A program made the translations under genes and the position numbers. DNA of 64,000 nt, taken from the NCBI GenBank assembly GCA_000004695.1, contig CM000151.3, positions 3,968,001-4,032,000 on the forward strand, read 5' to 3'. Origin of the DNA: Dictyostelium discoideum. Taxonomy: Eukaryota. The notes beneath the pieces are model-generated. The model was not told the DNA's origin, did no database searches, and saw nothing but the letters and a program-made list of their open reading frames with translations. Positions 14,536 to 30,288 of this stretch are shown here, one piece after another; within the stretch, counting starts at the first letter, position 1, and every line of letters begins with the position of its first letter.

Positions 14536-16480
14536 TTATAATTTATTAACCAATGATTGATATTCAGAATAAATTGAAATTAAAGCTTGTTTAAATTGAT
14601 CTTCAGATGGTTTGTTTGTTAATTTAATAGATGGATTTGAAATTTTAATTGAATAAAAGATTTCATCTCTTTTCTCTTCAGAGATTTTAATTAAAGAGAT
14701 AATATTTCCAGTGGTGTTATTGATATAAGTGGTTTGAGATTTTGAGAAACTTTTAGTTTTATAGAAATCGGTTGGGAATACTAAAGAGTTGGCATTTTTA
14801 TCTTTGGTAGTTTGTTCTAAGAAAGAGCTAAAGTTTTTAGGGATTGAATCTTTATCAAAGTTTTTACTCTTTGAAATTGAAATTCTACAACCAACTTTAG
14901 AATTTGATTGTTGATTGCCACTTCCTGGATAAACAGTATCGAGTGTTACAACTCTTTCATCCAATTGAGAGATACCTTTAATTGTTAAACTATTATTATT
15001 ATTATCTTGAGCAGTGGTGGTAGATGGTACTAATCTAACTTTATAGTTACCAATGAAAACACGATAGATTGAAGCATCGGTTTCCTTTACTTTGTAAGTT
15101 GTACTTTCATTATCTTTAATGAATTTAGCGATAGCATTGAAATCGGATTCTTTAATGAGATTATCTTGTTTTGAACGGAAATCTTTATAAGTTTCCATTG
15201 AATTTAATTGATCCTTTGTGAATGATGGAAGGAATGCAGTGGAACTGAGTTGATAGAAAATTGAATTACCAAATTTGAGTGAACATTTAATCTTTTTATC
15301 ATTACCGCTACCAACCAATGATTGATTTGCTTCCATTAATGGTGAAATTAATGAATTGATAATTGTATCTTTTGATGATTCTTCATCATTACAAACTGAA
15401 ATTTTATTATTATTATTAGTGGTGGTGGTTGCAGTTGATGATTTCTCTTGTTCACATTGAACTAAAGTACAAGTAATTTGTTTAACATCTTTTGCATCCT
15501 TTTCAAATAATTGATATGGTACATTAATTGAATCAAAACTTGGAATCATTGATTTAAATGTAAAGTTTTCACTATTTGATACGACAAAAGTTGATACTTT
15601 GGTTGGATAGTTATATGGTACAAAATTGGCAACTTGTTTTTCAATCCATTTTGCAATATCACTACAATCTTCTGGATTCTTTGCTTTAATTGTTAAAATG
15701 GTTTTAATAACTAATGTTTTAACTTTAGTTTTTTTAATATCATCTTGGAATTCTAAAATAAATAAAAATAAAATAAAAAATAAAAAAATATATTAATAAT
15801 TGATTTATTTATTTTTAGAAAAAATAAAATAAAATAAAATAAAATAAAATAAAATAAAATAAAATAAAATGAAATAAATACATACCTTGGAAAGCTTTAC
15901 CAGTAATTTTTGAAGATTTTGAAATTTCATAGACTGTGTTTGATAATTTAACAAATGGTTTATATTTTTCAATGATTTCTTTAATGATATCATATTCAGC
16001 AACTTTAATAATACATAATGTATTGAATGTAACTTGAGCTCTTTCTGAGAAATCTATTAAAATTTTTAAAAAAAAAAAAAAAGAAATATTTTGTATTAGT
16101 ATTTTTTTTTTTTTTTTTTTTTTTATGATTGGTTGACTGATTGATTGAAAAAAAGGTACTTTACCATTATCTTTGATTAATTTACCAATTGGGTAATAAT
16201 CTGGAATATCCATGGTTGAGATAAAACCACCACTGAATGGACGTGGGGTTGGATCGGCTTCATTGGTTAAAGTAGTTTGTGCGCTACCAGTGGCAGCGGC
16301 GGTGGTGGTGGTGGTGGTAACAGTTGGTTGTTGTGGTTGTTGTTTGGCAACATTAAGATTATTAGTGGCATTGACAACTTCTTCTACTTGATCATCATCA
16401 CTATCATCAAATGCAAGATTATTGTAAACACTTTTCTTTGCTTCAACTTTTTTGTTTTGTTGATTGTTATTTCTTTTCAT
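14536..16480 (-). CDS. Hypothetical protein (~566 aa) in three exons at about 16165..16480, 15885..16052 and 14536..15752. No family recognised.
   Basis: ORF-track ORFs 15815..16480 and 14536..15549 are parts of one gene. The first intron has donor GTAAAG (minus) and acceptor TTAATAG. The second has donor GTATGT and acceptor TTTTAG and contains a (TAAAA)~10 repeat. The phases close ('...IKDNG|DFSERAQVTFNTLCIIKVAEYDII...KAFQ|EFQDDIKKTKVK...'). Codon usage is typical for the organism. Confidence 0.55.
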
Positions 16481-16975
16481 CTTTTAATTGGATTGATTGT
16501 TTTTCTGATATCTTTTATTTTTTTGATCACACAATGAGAAACACGAAATCGAAAAAAAAAAAAAAAAAAAAAAAAAATGAAATTTAAAAAAAATAAAAAA
16601 TAAAAAAAAAAATTCAAAAAAAAAAAATTCAAAAAAAAGTGAATTTCTATTTTTGTTCATTTAAGATATATCCCCTTTTTTTTTTTTTTTTTTTTTTTTT
16701 TCGTTTTATATTATTTCTATTTTTGTATTCATATGATAAAATTAAATAATACATATAAGGGTTGTTAATTTTTAAATTTAAATAATTTTAAATTTTTCCT
16801 GTGGATTGCACAATAGAAATGACCATTTTCGATCCCAACACCATCGCTATTTTCCTTAAAATAAAAAAAAAAAAACAGTATTTTTATTGAAATTAAAGGA
16901 AAATTTTATTTATAAAATACCTAAAATATTTTGGGTTGTTTTTTAATTCCTTATTTGAATCTTTTTTCTTTTTTT

Positions 16976-17012
<37 letters not shown>

Positions 17013-17804
17013 CCCAAATCGAATTAAATAATCAAAATTCATTTCAATATAAATTAAACTTTAATCATATAAATAATATCAAAAAATTATGAAGTATGTG
17101 TGTGTATATTATTGTGTTAGATCACATTTTATTAACCGTTTCAGTTAATTAAAACACACACATTAAAAAAAAAAAAAAAAAAAAAAATTATTATTATTTT
17201 CAATGTTATTTCTCACACCACACCTCCCCACTTATATATTTTCTCACAATCCACACACACATTTTTTTTTTTAATATTAAATAATCGCCATAAAAAATAA
17301 TACACCAATACATATAAATATGGCAAAAATTGCTGTGTTAGTGGTAGGTTTATCTATTTTTATATTATTTTTATTTTTTTATTTTTTTTTTTTTATAATA
17401 ATTTTATCACAATTAAAATAATTTTTTTTTTTTTAATTTTTTTTTTTTTTTATATCAAATCAAAGTTGTTTATTAAATTAATTTTTTTAATTTTTATTGT
17501 ATTTATTAAACTCATCATTAGTATTTTTACTATTTTTTTTTTTTTTTGTATCCATACAAATATTTATAGTTACCCTTTTAATTCAACATTCATCAAATTT
17601 TATAATAATTCAATTTTAATTTTTTTTTTTTTTTTTTAAATTATTTTTATTATTTATTTAATTTATTATTATTATTTTTTTAAATTCATTTCAATATCAA
17701 TTTAAATAATCCACTAAATTTTCAATAAATAAAGTGTATATATAAAACAAATAAAAAAAAAAAAAAAAATAAAAAAAGTGATTTATAAAATAAAATAAAA
17801 AAAA

Positions 17805-19046
17805 ATGAAGATATTATTTTATTTTTGTTTAATTTTATTTTGTATTAAAAGTATAAATGGTGCATGTACACAATATCAATGTTTAAATAGTGGAGATGGT
17901 TGTACTAGAAAAGGTACATATTGCCCACCAGGTACATACTGTGAAATTACTTTCGATAATCCATTATGTACAGAATCAAAGAAAATTTTTGATTCTTGTT
18001 CATATCAAGCTCAATGTGATTCAGGTTTAGTTTGTTATAATGAAGGTGATGATCAATATTGTGCAAATATTAAATATAAAGGGTAAATTTTTTTTTTTTT
18101 TTTCTAAATTTTTATTAATATTTTTTTAAATTATGAATAAAATAAATATTTATTATTTATTAATATTTTTTTTTAAAATGTATATATAGACAAGGTGAAA
18201 GTTGTAAAAAAGATATAGAATGTTCAGATTCAATGAGTTGTACAAATAAAACATGTACATATAGTGGAACCTCATGTAAAGCTTATACATGTAAAACAGG
18301 ACAATTTTGTAATTCCCAAAAAACATGTCAATCATTTTTTGCCGATGGTACTCAATGTACAAAAGATTTAGAATGTAAACCAAATAGTAGATGTATAGTT
18401 ACTTCCAATGCTAAAATATCAAAATGTACATCAATTAATTCATTAGGTGCTGGTTTACCTTGTAATTCCGCTGATTCATGTGATATTGGTTTAAATTTAG
18501 TTGTATGTTTAAAAAATTAATTATTTATTGTTGTACATTTTATTTTTTATTTATTTATTTATTTATTAATTGTTTTTTTTTTTTTTAAATTCATTTTTTT
18601 TATTTTTTTTTTATTATATTTAGTGTTTCCAAGGTTATTGTTCAGAATATAAATCAGCATTTGATAGTAATTCAACATGTAGTGATAATACACAATGTAT
18701 ATCAGATAAAGCGCAATGTATTTGTGATTCAGTTAAAGTTCCAACAGGTCCTGGTACATGTCAAGAAATCTATTCAATTGGATCAACTTGTAAAAAAGAT
18801 AAATTAAATTATTACAATTGTATAGCAGAATCAAATTGCCCATTACAAGTTACAAATAAAAATAGTAATGAAACTTGTATTTCCAAAAAATGTGGTGATC
18901 TTAAATGTAAATATGAAGTATCTTGTGTAAACTCTGATTATCAATGTGGTAAAGGTCCAGTTTGTAGTGATTCTTCATTTTTAAAACATTCTTCATTATT
19001 ATTTTTATTATCATTAATTATTTCAATGGTAGTAATATTAATTTAA
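17805..19046 (+). CDS. Secreted cysteine-rich repeat protein with a predicted C-terminal GPI-anchor signal (ponticulin-like/prespore-antigen-like). Three exons at about 17805..18082, 18190..18502 and 18624..19046.
   Basis: An N-terminal signal peptide ('MKILFYFCLILFCIKSINGA'). Six-to-eight-Cys modules recur ('CTQYQCLNSGDGCTRKGTYCPPGTYCE', 'CKKDIECSDSMSCTNKTCTYSGTSCKAYTCKTGQFCNS...'). The C-terminus is hydrophobic ('SDSSFLKHSSLLFLLSLIISMVVILI*'), typical of a GPI signal. The introns are GTAAAT...TATATAG and GTATGT...TATATTTAG. Confidence 0.6.
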
Positions 19047-19187
19047 AAAAAAAAAAAAATAAAAAAAAAAAAAGAGTTTAAATAAATATACAAATATATA
19101 TATATAATATTTTTAAAAAAAGTTATTATTTATTTGTACAAAATTAGAAAAATCATTTTATTATTATTATTATTTTTTTTTTTTCAT

Positions 19188-20660
<1,473 letters not shown>

Positions 20661-21395
20661 TCTTTATTTAATTATTTAATTATTTAATTTTTTAATTTTT
20701 TTTCTTTTTTTTTCTTTTTTTTTCTTTTTTTTTTTTTTTTTTTTTTTTTTTTGAGAAAATAGAAATAAAAATAAATAATAATAACAAAAATAAGGAAAAT
20801 AAAAACAAATAAAAAAAAAAATAATAATAAATAAAAATAATAATAAAAAATAATAATAAAAATAAAAAAAAAAAAACTTAAAATTTTTCAAAGATTATTT
20901 TTAAGAAAAAAGAAAAAAAAAAAAAAAAACAAAAAAAAAAAAATTAAATTTCAATTTTGATAAGAATAAAAAAAGAATTATTTTTGTTGAAAATTGTTTT
21001 GTTTAGATATTTGAAAAAAAAAAAAAAAAAAAAACAAGAGTTAAATAAGGTTAAACAGATACATTGTTTTTAAAATGATTCTTTTTATAAAAAAAAAATT
21101 AAAATTAAAAAAATAAAAACAATTTTCTTTTTTTTTTTTCTAATAATTATGCATCATAATTTGGTTTTTTTTTGTTTTTTTTTTTTTTAAACATTTAAAC
21201 ATTTCATTACCACTGACACCAATACTATGATCTTTAATATGAGATATTGAACCATTGGATTAAGAAAGTGAAAATGAAGAAGATTAAGAAATGGAATAAA
21301 AAAAAAAAAAATAAAAAAAAAAAAGGATTTTAAGTTTACTAAAAAAAGATAATAACACGGTAATATAATTTGGTTTATTTTGTATTTTAATCCAT

Positions 21396-22691
<1,296 letters not shown>

Positions 22692-22734
22692 TGAGCTAAA
22701 TGGGAAAATGAATTTAAAATTATTACAAACTCCA

Positions 22735-23848
22735 TTAAAATATTGGGAAATTCCAATTCAAGCCATATAAAAACAAATTCACCAACTCCAATGGTGTATA
22801 AAGTTCATCAGTATAAGAATTCATTTCTAATTGATTTTTTAAACCTAGATATATATCACCACTTATGTTTGCAGTTAAAATTGAGTTTAATCTTAATAAA
22901 TGCTTTGGTTTTTGAATGTTTGGAATGTTTTTAACCCAAAATGGGTGTGACGGTTTAAGGAATTTTGAAATTAATTCTTTCATTGAATTATCTGTATCAA
23001 TTACTAAACCTTCACAAACTAATTGAACACAACCATCTTTTTTTATAAATTTAGGATTAGTTTGTGATTTTCCAACCGAACTTGCATAATACCTTAATGC
23101 TGATACTGCTCTATTTTTATATTGTTCTACTTCTTCATTTTCACTTACCAATACATTATAAACATTTAATTTCTTAAAAATTAATTCATTTTCATTTTCA
23201 ATTTCATTTTCATTTTCATTTTCATTTTCATTTTCATTTTCATTTTCATTTTCATTTTGAATTTCATTTCCAATTTCATTTTCAATTTTATTTTTAAAAT
23301 TATTTTTATTTTCAATTTTATATTCAGAAAATCTAATGAATTGTTCAATTTTATTTGATAATTTAAATTTGTTTAAACCAGTTGGTGCTGGTAATTTTGT
23401 AAAAAAAATTTTTTCTTCTTTTGAATTACTTAAAATTAAATCTCTTAATAGTTTATAATTGTATTCACCAGTTTCTTCATTATAAAGTGGTTTTGTAAAT
23501 TCTGATAAAGTTTTAGTTTCTTTATTGAAATTTATATTTTCATTGATGAATGAAATATACCCTGAAATTAAATTTTCTACTGTGCAACCACTAACTTTTA
23601 CAAAATGATCAGTACCACCTAAAATCCAAAGATTTGCAAAATCTACTAAAATTTGTCTACCAACACCATTTTGAAAATTAAGATCTTTAAAATCAATTTC
23701 TTTAGAAATGGTTTCACCAATTATAAATCTTTGAATAGATTCTTTAAGTTTATCAACATCAGTTATTAAATCTGATTCCTTATTCCAAATATTAATTGAT
23801 TTATTTTTTGCTAATATTGAAAATAAAATTACATCTGAATCACTTTTT

Positions 23849-23879
<31 letters not shown>

Positions 23880-24659
23880 TTAATTATTAATAATTTAAAT
23901 TATAATAATAATAATTATTATAATATTTACCTTGAATAAATTAAAATTGGTTCTCTAGGTTTAATATTATCACTATTAATCATTTCAAAAATTTTCCATT
24001 CACCTTCACCATAACGATCATGTGGTGAAATATAAACATTTTCTAAATCTTCGAAATAACCTTTCCACTTAAAATTTTTAGTAATTGAATATAAAATTGC
24101 TTTTACATAACCCATAGTATCTGTACCTGATGTAAATGAATCTGATGTATAACATTTATCTTCAACTATTGATGATTGATCAAACCAACTATCTTCAACA
24201 AGTTGAAGATCTGATTTATTTTCATCTCCCTCTTGTAAATTTAATTTTTTAGTATTAAGTTTATGTAAAAAATTTGGTAATGCATCATTCTAAAAAATAT
24301 TTTTTGAAAAAAAAAAATTATTAATATTATGAAGAAAATAAAAAAATAAAAAAAATAATAATTACTTTAAATCTTCTATCTTTTTGCTCACTAAATTTTG
24401 ATATTGGACCTGGACCATCAACTGCAAAGAAAATTGATTTTTCAACATCAACCTTATCAAAAAGTGAATAGATTTGTAAATTTACAATATCAAATAAAGT
24501 TCTATCTGGTTTTGTTTTAGAATATTTGTATTTTCTATACAATAAATTATTTACATCAACGAATAAATGATCAACCTTTATTTTTCCATTACCCCTTTCT
24601 TTAATACATGTACCTTGGAATTTTGAATTTATAAATCCAGATAAACCTGGCACTGTCAT
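22735..24659 (-). CDS. XRN-family 5'-3' exoribonuclease-like protein, catalytic N-terminal region. Three exons at about 24366..24659, 23931..24289 and 22735..23842.
   Basis: Exon 1 is 'MTVPGLSGFINSKFQ...VDHLFVDVNNLLY...IFFAVDGPGPISKFSEQKDRRFK' (XRN_N motifs: Mg-binding Asp, 'AIDGVAPRAK..QQRSRRF' equivalent). Exon 2 has 'YGEGEWKIFEMI' (the PGEGEHKI equivalent). Exon 3 opens with 'ILIYSSDSDVILFSILA' (the GLDADLIMLGL equivalent). Acidic active-site residues appear conserved. The donors are GTAATT and GTAAAT. The exon-3 ORF is open from 23842 to the stop at 22735. Confidence 0.55.
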
Positions 24660-24773
24660 TTTTTTATTTTTTTTATTTTAATTATCTTTTTTTATTTTTT
24701 TTTATTTTATTTTTAGATTTTAATTTTGGTTGTTATTGGTTAAATAAATAAATAAAAATAAAATACAATTTTC

Positions 24774-24813
<40 letters not shown>

Positions 24814-24926
24814 GTTTGCAATAAAAAAAATGAGTGTAATAAAAAAAAAACAAATGTAAAAAAAAAAAAACGAGTGTAATAAAAAAAAACGAACAAAACG
24901 AACAAAAAAAAAAATGAAAATGAAAA

Positions 24927-24966
<40 letters not shown>

Positions 24967-24985
24967 GAAAATGAAAAAATCTAAT

Positions 24986-26203
24986 TTAATTTATTTTAAT
25001 AAAATTATTATTATTAAAATCTTTTAAAATTGAATAAAATATAAATGATTTTTTAAAAACTATTGGATTAATTTGATTCTTTTGATTAATATAATGGTTA
25101 TATAATTTCTCTAAAAATTTCTTTATAAATTCATTGTTATTATTATTAATATTATTAATATTATTATTATCATCAATGAAATTATTATTAATTGTAATTA
25201 AAATGAATAAAATGTTCAAAAATGATATTTGTACTCTCCAATGTTGATTTAAATCAATCATATTAATCATTACACTTTCATTACAATTATCAATTAAAGA
25301 TAGTGATAAAATAGGTTGCTGTTTAATTATTCTATAAAATGCTGAACTTGATGAAATTTTTATATTATTATTTAATTCATCTTCTAAATTATTATCATCC
25401 TTTATATATTTTAAAAATTGATTCAATAATTGTTTACTTTTAATTGAAAAATATTTTATATAAATTGGACGTGTTATTAATAGATTATCAAATGTTTTAA
25501 TTAAATATAATAATATAGTTTTATCAATTGCTTTATTTGTTGTTATTATTGAACTAAGTGAAATTTGTGGAAATAATGATGGATTTGGTATTGATGATAA
25601 TAATGATGGTGAAGTAGATGATGGCGATGATGGCGACGATGACGATGATGACGATGATGGTGGTGGTGATGAAGATGGTGATGATGAATCATTTATTAAA
25701 AATAAATTTAACAATGTGTTTATATATTTCTCTAATGAAAGTATACCCCATTTAGTTGAAAGTGTAATTTCATCCAATGTTGAAAAATAAAATAAAATTT
25801 CACCAAATGTTGATACTAATTTCCTTTTTAATGATAATTGTATATTATTATTATTATTAAAAGATGATATTTCATTATTTAAGTATTCTAATAATTGTAT
25901 TATTGAATCTTTTGAATTTATTGATAGGTTATTTGACTTTCCAATAATTATACCTAATAAATGAATAATTTTTACTTTTATAATTGTATCATTTGAAATT
26001 TTAATTTGTTGTACTAATTGTTTTATTAATATCGTATGTTCATTTATTATTATTAATAATTTTTCAATAATTGATGAATATTGATTATTTGATAATAATA
26101 ATAAATCTATTAAATAATTTAATAATGTTAATTTCGTAATAATTGTAGTTTTAGTTTTAATAAATTTTGATATAAAATTAAAATATTCAATAATTTCTTG
26201 ATA

Positions 26204-26281
<78 letters not shown>

Positions 26282-26607
26282 TAACAATTGTAAATCTTTA
26301 ATTGTTTTATTAAAAATTATTGGAACTGAAGAAGAAGAAGAGGAAGAACAAGATGATAAAGATGATAAAGGTGGTGATGATGGTCTATTTGGAGATATAA
26401 TTGGAGAAGCTTCAAAATCAATTGAATGATCGAATTCACTAATTAATCTTGTAAAATTATTATTTTCAATTAAATTTGAAAAATCATTTAAACTATTTGT
26501 TTGTGAAATATTTAATGGTGGAATTTTCACTTTATTTAACCTAATAACTTGATTTTCTAAATTTGGTGATGATATATTATTTGGTTGTTGTTGTTGTTGA
26601 AATGATA

Positions 26608-26680
<73 letters not shown>

Positions 26681-27145
26681 ATTTAAAAGTTGTAAAGTTG
26701 TATTTGAAGATTTATTTATAATTTCATTTACTTGTTGAGTTTGTTGATTTTTGAAAAATGGATGAATAAATAATTTTGGCCATGTTATTCTTTTTTGAGG
26801 ATTTTTCTCTAAAATTTTTGAAATTAAGTCATTGAAATGTTGTTGTTGTATTAAATCATTATTATCAGATGGTAATCTAATGATTGGATCTAAATAATTG
26901 TCGTATATTATTGACTCTATTAATTTGGTTGCATCATTAGAGTAGAATGGATAATATCCAGTTATACATTTAAATAGTAATACACCAAATGACCAAATAT
27001 CTGATGAAAAACTATATGTATATCCTTTTAAAACCTCTGGTGATAAATAATAAATTGATTCATTTATATTATTATTATTATCATTATCAATATTATTATT
27101 ATATAAATTAAATATTTGTTGTCTTGATGTTATCATTATTTGTTG

Positions 27146-27214
<69 letters not shown>

Positions 27215-27550
27215 TTCAATTAAAATTGAATTATTTATTGAATTTAATTTAAATATTCCTTTTGAATCAATTAAAATATTTGATGGTTTTAAATCAGCAT
27301 ATATAATATTATTAGAGTGTAAATAGTATAAAGCATTCATTATATTTTTTGAGAATATAATTGAAGTATCAATTGATAAATATTGATCAGAATTTAAAAA
27401 TTCTTTAAATGAATATTCAAATGATATTCTTTTAACTAAATAATAAGTACTTAAATTTTCTTTAACATTTTCATCAACATAATTTATTTGATCTTGATTT
27501 TGATTTTGATGATCTGATTTTATTCTTTTAAATGATTCTTTTATTGGCAT
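24986..27550 (-). CDS. Protein kinase-like (probable pseudokinase) domain followed by a long helical/low-complexity C-terminal region (SCY1-like architecture?). A candidate upstream exon lies at about 27762..27921.
   Basis: The catalytic-loop equivalent is 'IIYADLKPSNILI' (HRD replaced by YAD). DFG is replaced by 'FKLNSINNSILIE'. An APE-like 'YYLSPEVL' and helix-F 'SDIWSFGVLLF' are retained. No GxGxxG loop is seen. The upstream ORF 27626..27982 contains 'MKISNYYIVEDFDISEEN...YVAKARKQ...' ending at a GTAAAT donor. That could be the missing N-lobe, but its phase does not join cleanly to M27550. Confidence 0.6.
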
Positions 27551-27946
27551 ATATTTTCATTTTTTAATTTTAAATTTTTATAAATCTCGATCTATTTTAA
27601 TTATTTTTTTGTCATAAAAAAAAAATTAAAAAAAAAAAAAGTGAAAAAAAAAAAAATTAAAAAAAATAAAAAAAAAAAGGAAAATGGACTGGTTAAAAAA
27701 TTTATCTACTTTTTTTTTTTTTTGTCGAGATAAAAAAAAAAAAAAAAAATTAATATTTACCTCTTTTTTATAATTATTATCGTTTTTTGGTCTACCAATT
27801 ATTAAATAATAATTAAAAGAATTTTGTTTTCTTGCTTTTGCAACATAATTTATATTATTAATAAGATTCTCCTCTGAAATATCGAAATCTTCAACAATAT
27901 AATAATTTGAAATCTTCATTTTGGCATTGTATTTTATACTATATCT

Positions 27947-27982
<36 letters not shown>

Positions 27983-28442
27983 TAATTTAATATGTATTAA
28001 ATATATTGAAAAACAAAAAAAAAAAAAATAAAAAAAATAAAAAATTTTAATGATAATATAATAATAATAAAAATATAAGGATATATATATAAATAAAAAA
28101 AACTATAATCAAACCACAAAAGAATGAGATTATAAGAAGTGTCCAAATTACAAAATAAAAAATAAAAAATAAAAAAAAAAAAAAAAAAAAATAATTCAAA
28201 AAAAAAAAAAATGGTTTTTGTGCAAAGATTTTAAAAGTGTGAAAAAAAAATAAAAAAAATAAAAATAAAAAAAAAAATAAAAAAAATAAAATTAAAAATA
28301 AAAATAAAAACACTTGTGATGATTGAACTTTAATTATCTTTGATGAACCCCCACCCAAAAACAAAATTTTAAAAATAACAAAAATGTTTTAAAAATAACA
28401 AAAAATAAAATTTTAAAAAAAATTATTTATTTATTTATTTAA

Positions 28443-29344
28443 TTATTGTGATGGTTGTGAAGATTTTTTATAAAAGAATAATGAATTTGCATTTTTAAAT
28501 TCTTTATCATGAATTAAATTTACATCAATTAAATCATCAGTCCAAGCAGCAGTGAAATCTATGGATAGTTCATTGATTAGGTTATCATAACGTTTGAAGA
28601 TGCAATCAAAGCCTTTTGGAGTTACGTTCTTTGCCTCGACACTACATCTATGTTGACCATTAATATTCGAGTAATCCAATGATTTTATACCTAACGATAT
28701 TTTTGGAATTCCGATAAACTCTTTTTCAAATTGAACTTTACGGGTATACTCTAGAGGTGATTTCTCATTTCCCAAAGTTTTATCGCCAATTGATATAGTA
28801 CCCATTTGAATCTGTGGTGAAAGTTCTTCAAACTCTTTTGTATAAAGTTCCCAACGTAATCCGATATCGTTCTTCCACTGTACTGGATGTATTGAAATTG
28901 ATCTTGCTATAATTGGTGGATCCAACGTCTGACTTACAATAGACTCATTATCAGTATTTCCTTTAAAAATTTCACCATTCTTATATTCATACCATTTCTT
29001 ATTATTTAAACTATATCTAATTATATAACTTGTTACAAATGATTCTGAATTACCTGATCCTTTTTATTTTTTAAAAAAAAAAAAAAAAATTAATAAAAAT
29101 TAATAATAAAATTATTAATAATAAGTAATAAAAATTATTTTACCTTGTAAATCCAATTTAACAAATTTCATTGGAATCATTGATGATGCAATAATAAATT
29201 GATTTCTATCACTAATTGATGGTTTCCATCCTTCACCTCCTTTACCCATACCTTTTCTATCATATTTAAAATTTAGAATACCTGATTTTATTAAATTAAA
29301 AAAAATAAAAGATTAGTTTTTAGGAAATGTTTAAAAATAAAATT

Positions 29345-29388
<44 letters not shown>

Positions 29389-29499
29389 TACTTTACCTTG
29401 TTTTACACCATGGTCTGCATCAAAATCACTTGAAGATCTTAAATTTAAGCATGCAAATGCAAAACATGGAACTAAATCTTGATTACTAAAATCTGTCAT
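28443..29499 (-). CDS. Discoidin-family lectin paralog (N-terminal F5/8 type C 'discoidin' domain plus C-terminal H-type lectin domain). Three exons at about 29397..29499, 29144..29281 and 28443..29059.
   Basis: The spliced product (~285 aa) parallels discoidin I. 'FVTSYIIRYSLNNKKWYEYKNG' matches '[22 protein letters not shown]'. 'PIIARSISIHPVQWKNDIGLRWELYT' matches '[26 protein letters not shown]'. 'VTPKGFDCIFKRYDN' matches 'ITTKGFDCVFYTWNE'. The N-terminus 'MTDFSNQDLVPCFAFACLNLRSS' matches 'MSTQGLVQLLANAQCHLRTS'. Donors are GTAAAG/GTAAAA and acceptors are ATCAG/AAAAAG. Confidence 0.8.
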
Positions 29500-29809
29500 T
29501 TTTTTTATTGTTTTAAACTGGAAGTTATTCTATTTAAAAAAAATAAAAAAAAATAAAAAAAAACTATACGATTTATAAAGTTTATCACAAAAAATAAAAT
29601 TAATTTATTGAACTGCAAAACACACAAATGAATATAAAAAAAAATAAACAAATAAACAAAAATTAAAAAATATTGATAATTATGTGTGTGTGTTTGAATT
29701 TCAAATGGTGGAAAATGTATAAAAAATAAAATAATAATAGTAATAAAAATAAAAAAAAGTAAATTTACTAAATTGTTTTTACCCCCTTTTGGGTTGGATT
29801 ACAAATTTC

Positions 29810-29846
<37 letters not shown>

Positions 29847-30158
29847 AATTAAAAAACAAATAAAAAAACATTATTAATTATAACAAGATTTTATTTTTTT
29901 TTTTAATTTTTTATTATTTTTTTTTTTTTTTTACAATATATTATATAATATAATATAATAACAATGAGTTAAAGTGGGTACAAAATGTATGAACACACGC
30001 ACACACACACGCACACAATGTTATTTGTAACTTGATAGTGCTACAATAAATTAAATAATAATAAAAATAATAGTTAAATTGTGTAAAGATTTTTTTTTTT
30101 TTTTTTTTTTTTTTCTAACATTACATTTATTCATAATAATTATTAGTTGAACATAAGT

Positions 30159-30254
30159 TTATTGAGCTAATTTTTGGAGATGGTTGATGATTTTAGTTTT
30201 TATCCATTCTTTGTTGTATGGTGTGTAAGCGTTGATATGAGATGTGTATCTGTA

Positions 30255-30288
<34 letters not shown>

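Noticed and set aside
17300-17345. 'ATGGCAAAAATTGCTGTGTTAGTGGTAG|gtttatc' as a possible signal-peptide first exon
   Set aside because: No downstream acceptor or exon joins in frame before the independently complete gene at 17805, and the GTTTAT donor is weak. It is probably a chance ORF in the promoter region.
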